Shown here in pieces: positions 62,589 to 64,000 of a stretch of DNA of 64,000 nucleotides; the first letter of the stretch is position 1; the number at the start of each line of letters is the position of its first letter. Under the pieces are notes generated by a model that was not told the origin of the DNA, did not search any database, and worked only from the letters and a program-made list of their open reading frames with translations. A program made the translations under genes and the position numbers. This DNA is from an uncultured Pseudomonadota bacterium (GTDB taxonomy: Bacteria; Pseudomonadota; Alphaproteobacteria; Rs-D84), in assembly GCA_949296475.1 (NCBI GenBank), contig CASFOK010000011.1:2300-66299 (forward strand), given 5' to 3'.

Positions 62589-64000
62589 TTACAAAGGCAT
62601 TTTAACCGCGTTTTTCATTTGCGCGATAAAATCTGCCAAAGATATAGTTTCCTGTTTATCCGTACCAAGTCTGCGCAAGGTAACCGTTTTATCCGCAGAT
62701 TCTTTTTCACCTACAACTGCGATAATTGGCGTTTTGGTCAAAGATAATTCGCGAATCTTATAATTAACCTTTTCATCGCGTAAATCAGCGCGAGAATAAA
62801 CACCAACTCTGTGCAATTCGTTAACTACTTCCATTGCATAGTCTTTGTACTTTTCTGAAATAGGCGTTACAACGACGGGCTCTGGCGATAACCATAACGG
62901 TAAATTACCACCTGTTGATTCTAACAAAACGCCCATAAAGCGTTCAATTGAACCCAACATTGCACGATGCAACATAATTGGACGATGCTTTTCACCATCT
63001 TCGCCTATATAGGACAAATCAAAGCGTTCAGGTAAATTCATATCCAACTGCACAGTACCGCATTGCCAAGTACGCCCAATAGAATCTTTTAAATAAATGT
63101 CTATTTTAGGGCCGTAAAACGCGGCGTCACCATGTGCTATTTCATAGTTAATACCGTTTGCGTCCAGCGCATGTTGCAGCGCCCCTTCGGCTTTGTCCCA
63201 AATTTCATCTGAACCGATACGGAATTCAGATTCTTTACGCGTTGCTAATTTAGTAGAAATTTTTTCAAAGCCAAATTTGGAATAAATATCTTTAATAAAG
63301 CGCAATATTTTAACAACCTCTTCTTCTAGTTGTTCTTCCGTGCAGAAAATATGTGCATCGTCTTGCGTAAATTCACGAACGCGCATCAGCCCAGACAAAC
63401 CGCCAGCCGCTTCGTAACGATTGACCTTGCCAAATTCTGCCAAATACAACGGCAAATCTTTATAAGATTTAATGCCCTGCCCGAATACCAACATACCCCC
63501 TGGGCAAGACATTGGCTTAACACAGAAGGTTTTACCGTCTTGTGTTTTTCCAGAATAATTATGTTCCCCGTATTTTGCCCAATGACCGGACCTTTCCCAC
63601 AAACACCTGTCCATAACGGATGGCGTAGAAATTTCTTGATAACCTGCCAGCTCTTGACGATGACGAACGTATTCTATAAGTTTACGATAGATTTTATAAC
63701 CCTTGTCATGCCAAAAAACAGCCCCCGGTGCATATTCAGGTTCAAAATGGAATAAATCCATTTCTTTCCCTAACTTTCTATTATCGCGCGCCGCTGCTTC
63801 TTCCATCATTTTCAAATGACTTTCTAATTCTTCTTTACTTGCAAAAGCATCTACATAAATACGTTGCAACATTTTATTCTTGGAATCACCCTTCCAATAC
63901 GCCCCGGCGACACTACGAATTTTGAAACTGTCACGTGGTAAATCTTTGGAAGTTTCAACGTGCGGTCCGCGGCATAAATCCGTAAAATCACGGAATGTGT
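62589..64000 (-). CDS. thrS: Threonine--tRNA ligase, 3' portion (gene continues past the right edge)
   Basis: Class II core plus anticodon-binding domain. The frame stays open upstream of the ORF-track Met (…TDLCRGPHVETSKDLPRDSFKIRSVAGAYWKGDSKNKMLQRIY…), so the gene is truncated by the window. Confidence 0.93.
   Translation of the reverse strand, partial: TFRDFTDLCRGPHVETSKDLPRDSFKIRSVAGAYWKGDSKNKMLQRIYVDAFASKEELESHLKMMEEAAARDNRKLGKEMDLFHFEPEYAPGAVFWHDKGYKIYRKLIEYVRHRQELAGYQEISTPSVMDRCLWERSGHWAKYGEHNYSGKTQDGKTFCVKPMSCPGGMLVFGQGIKSYKDLPLYLAEFGKVNRYEAAGGLSGLMRVREFTQDDAHIFCTEEQLEEEVVKILRFIKDIYSKFGFEKISTKLATRKESEFRIGSDEIWDKAEGALQHALDANGINYEIAHGDAAFYGPKIDIYLKDSIGRTWQCGTVQLDMNLPERFDLSYIGEDGEKHRPIMLHRAMLGSIERFMGVLLESTGGNLPLWLSPEPVVVTPISEKYKDYAMEVVNELHRVGVYSRADLRDEKVNYKIRELSLTKTPIIAVVGEKESADKTVTLRRLGTDKQETISLADFIAQMKNAVKMPL

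Noticed and set aside
63330-63925. Plus-strand ORFs opposite thrS
   Set aside because: They are antisense to a highly conserved aminoacyl-tRNA synthetase gene.
1-64000. CRISPR arrays, rRNA operons, IS elements and integrons
   Set aside because: Intergenic regions are all shorter than ~320 bp. No regularly spaced repeats, transposase or integrase ORFs, or rRNA-like sequences were seen on either strand.

Overview
This is a 64-kb chromosomal segment from an AT-rich diderm bacterium. The gene content includes a short ParE, a Cys-less DksA, SPOR and FtsL-like proteins, TolB/Pal/LolA/Tat and GatCAB. That mix suggests a small-genome, probably host-associated, alphaproteobacterium-like organism; this is inference, since no database search was possible. 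I call about 70 protein genes and 2 tRNAs (Phe-GAA and Lys-CUU, both with encoded CCA). There is no rRNA, CRISPR array, transposase or integrase. Most genes are housekeeping: ftsEX, plsC, tolB, fba, efp, ppa, dnaN, cdaA, uvrC, pgsA, dnaJ, parE, dnaA, dprA, plsY, rpsT, sufBC, ruvX, gatCAB, miaB, tatABC, lolA, nrnA, recJ, ftsL-ftsI, sufS-sufT-sufE, trxA, dksA and thrS. Many ORF-track starts needed trimming to internal ATGs that have Shine-Dalgarno sites. The most interesting signal is a family of Sec-signal-bearing fibrous proteins built from phage-tail-fibre-type motifs. One member carries a 17-triplet collagen-like G-X-Y run. All three complete members end in a shared G-x3-W-[VY]-[ND] C-terminal motif. 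The family sits at two loci: an operon at 1-4166, and a small member at 32289-32678. The small member lies directly downstream of an orphan PilL/TcpQ-like plus PilN-type lipoprotein secretin pair that has no pilus ATPase, platform or peptidase nearby. I propose these form one undescribed surface-fibre export or display system. Other accessory pockets are listed here.
- An islet at 10.4-12.6 kb holds an RHH protein, a DinD/Bro-like protein, an orphan VirB2-like pilin and a Cys-rich lipoprotein.
- A lone type IV pilin-like gene sits inside a housekeeping operon.
- There is a degenerate Cu,Zn-SOD-like lipoprotein with a Met/His/Gln-rich linker.
- There is an autotransporter-like OMP.
- Two possibly paralogous secreted proteins bracket dnaA-dprA.
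- sufBC lacks sufD and is flanked by unknown membrane proteins.
Several canonical clusters (tol-pal, dcw, tat, suf, dnaA-dnaN) are split or rearranged.
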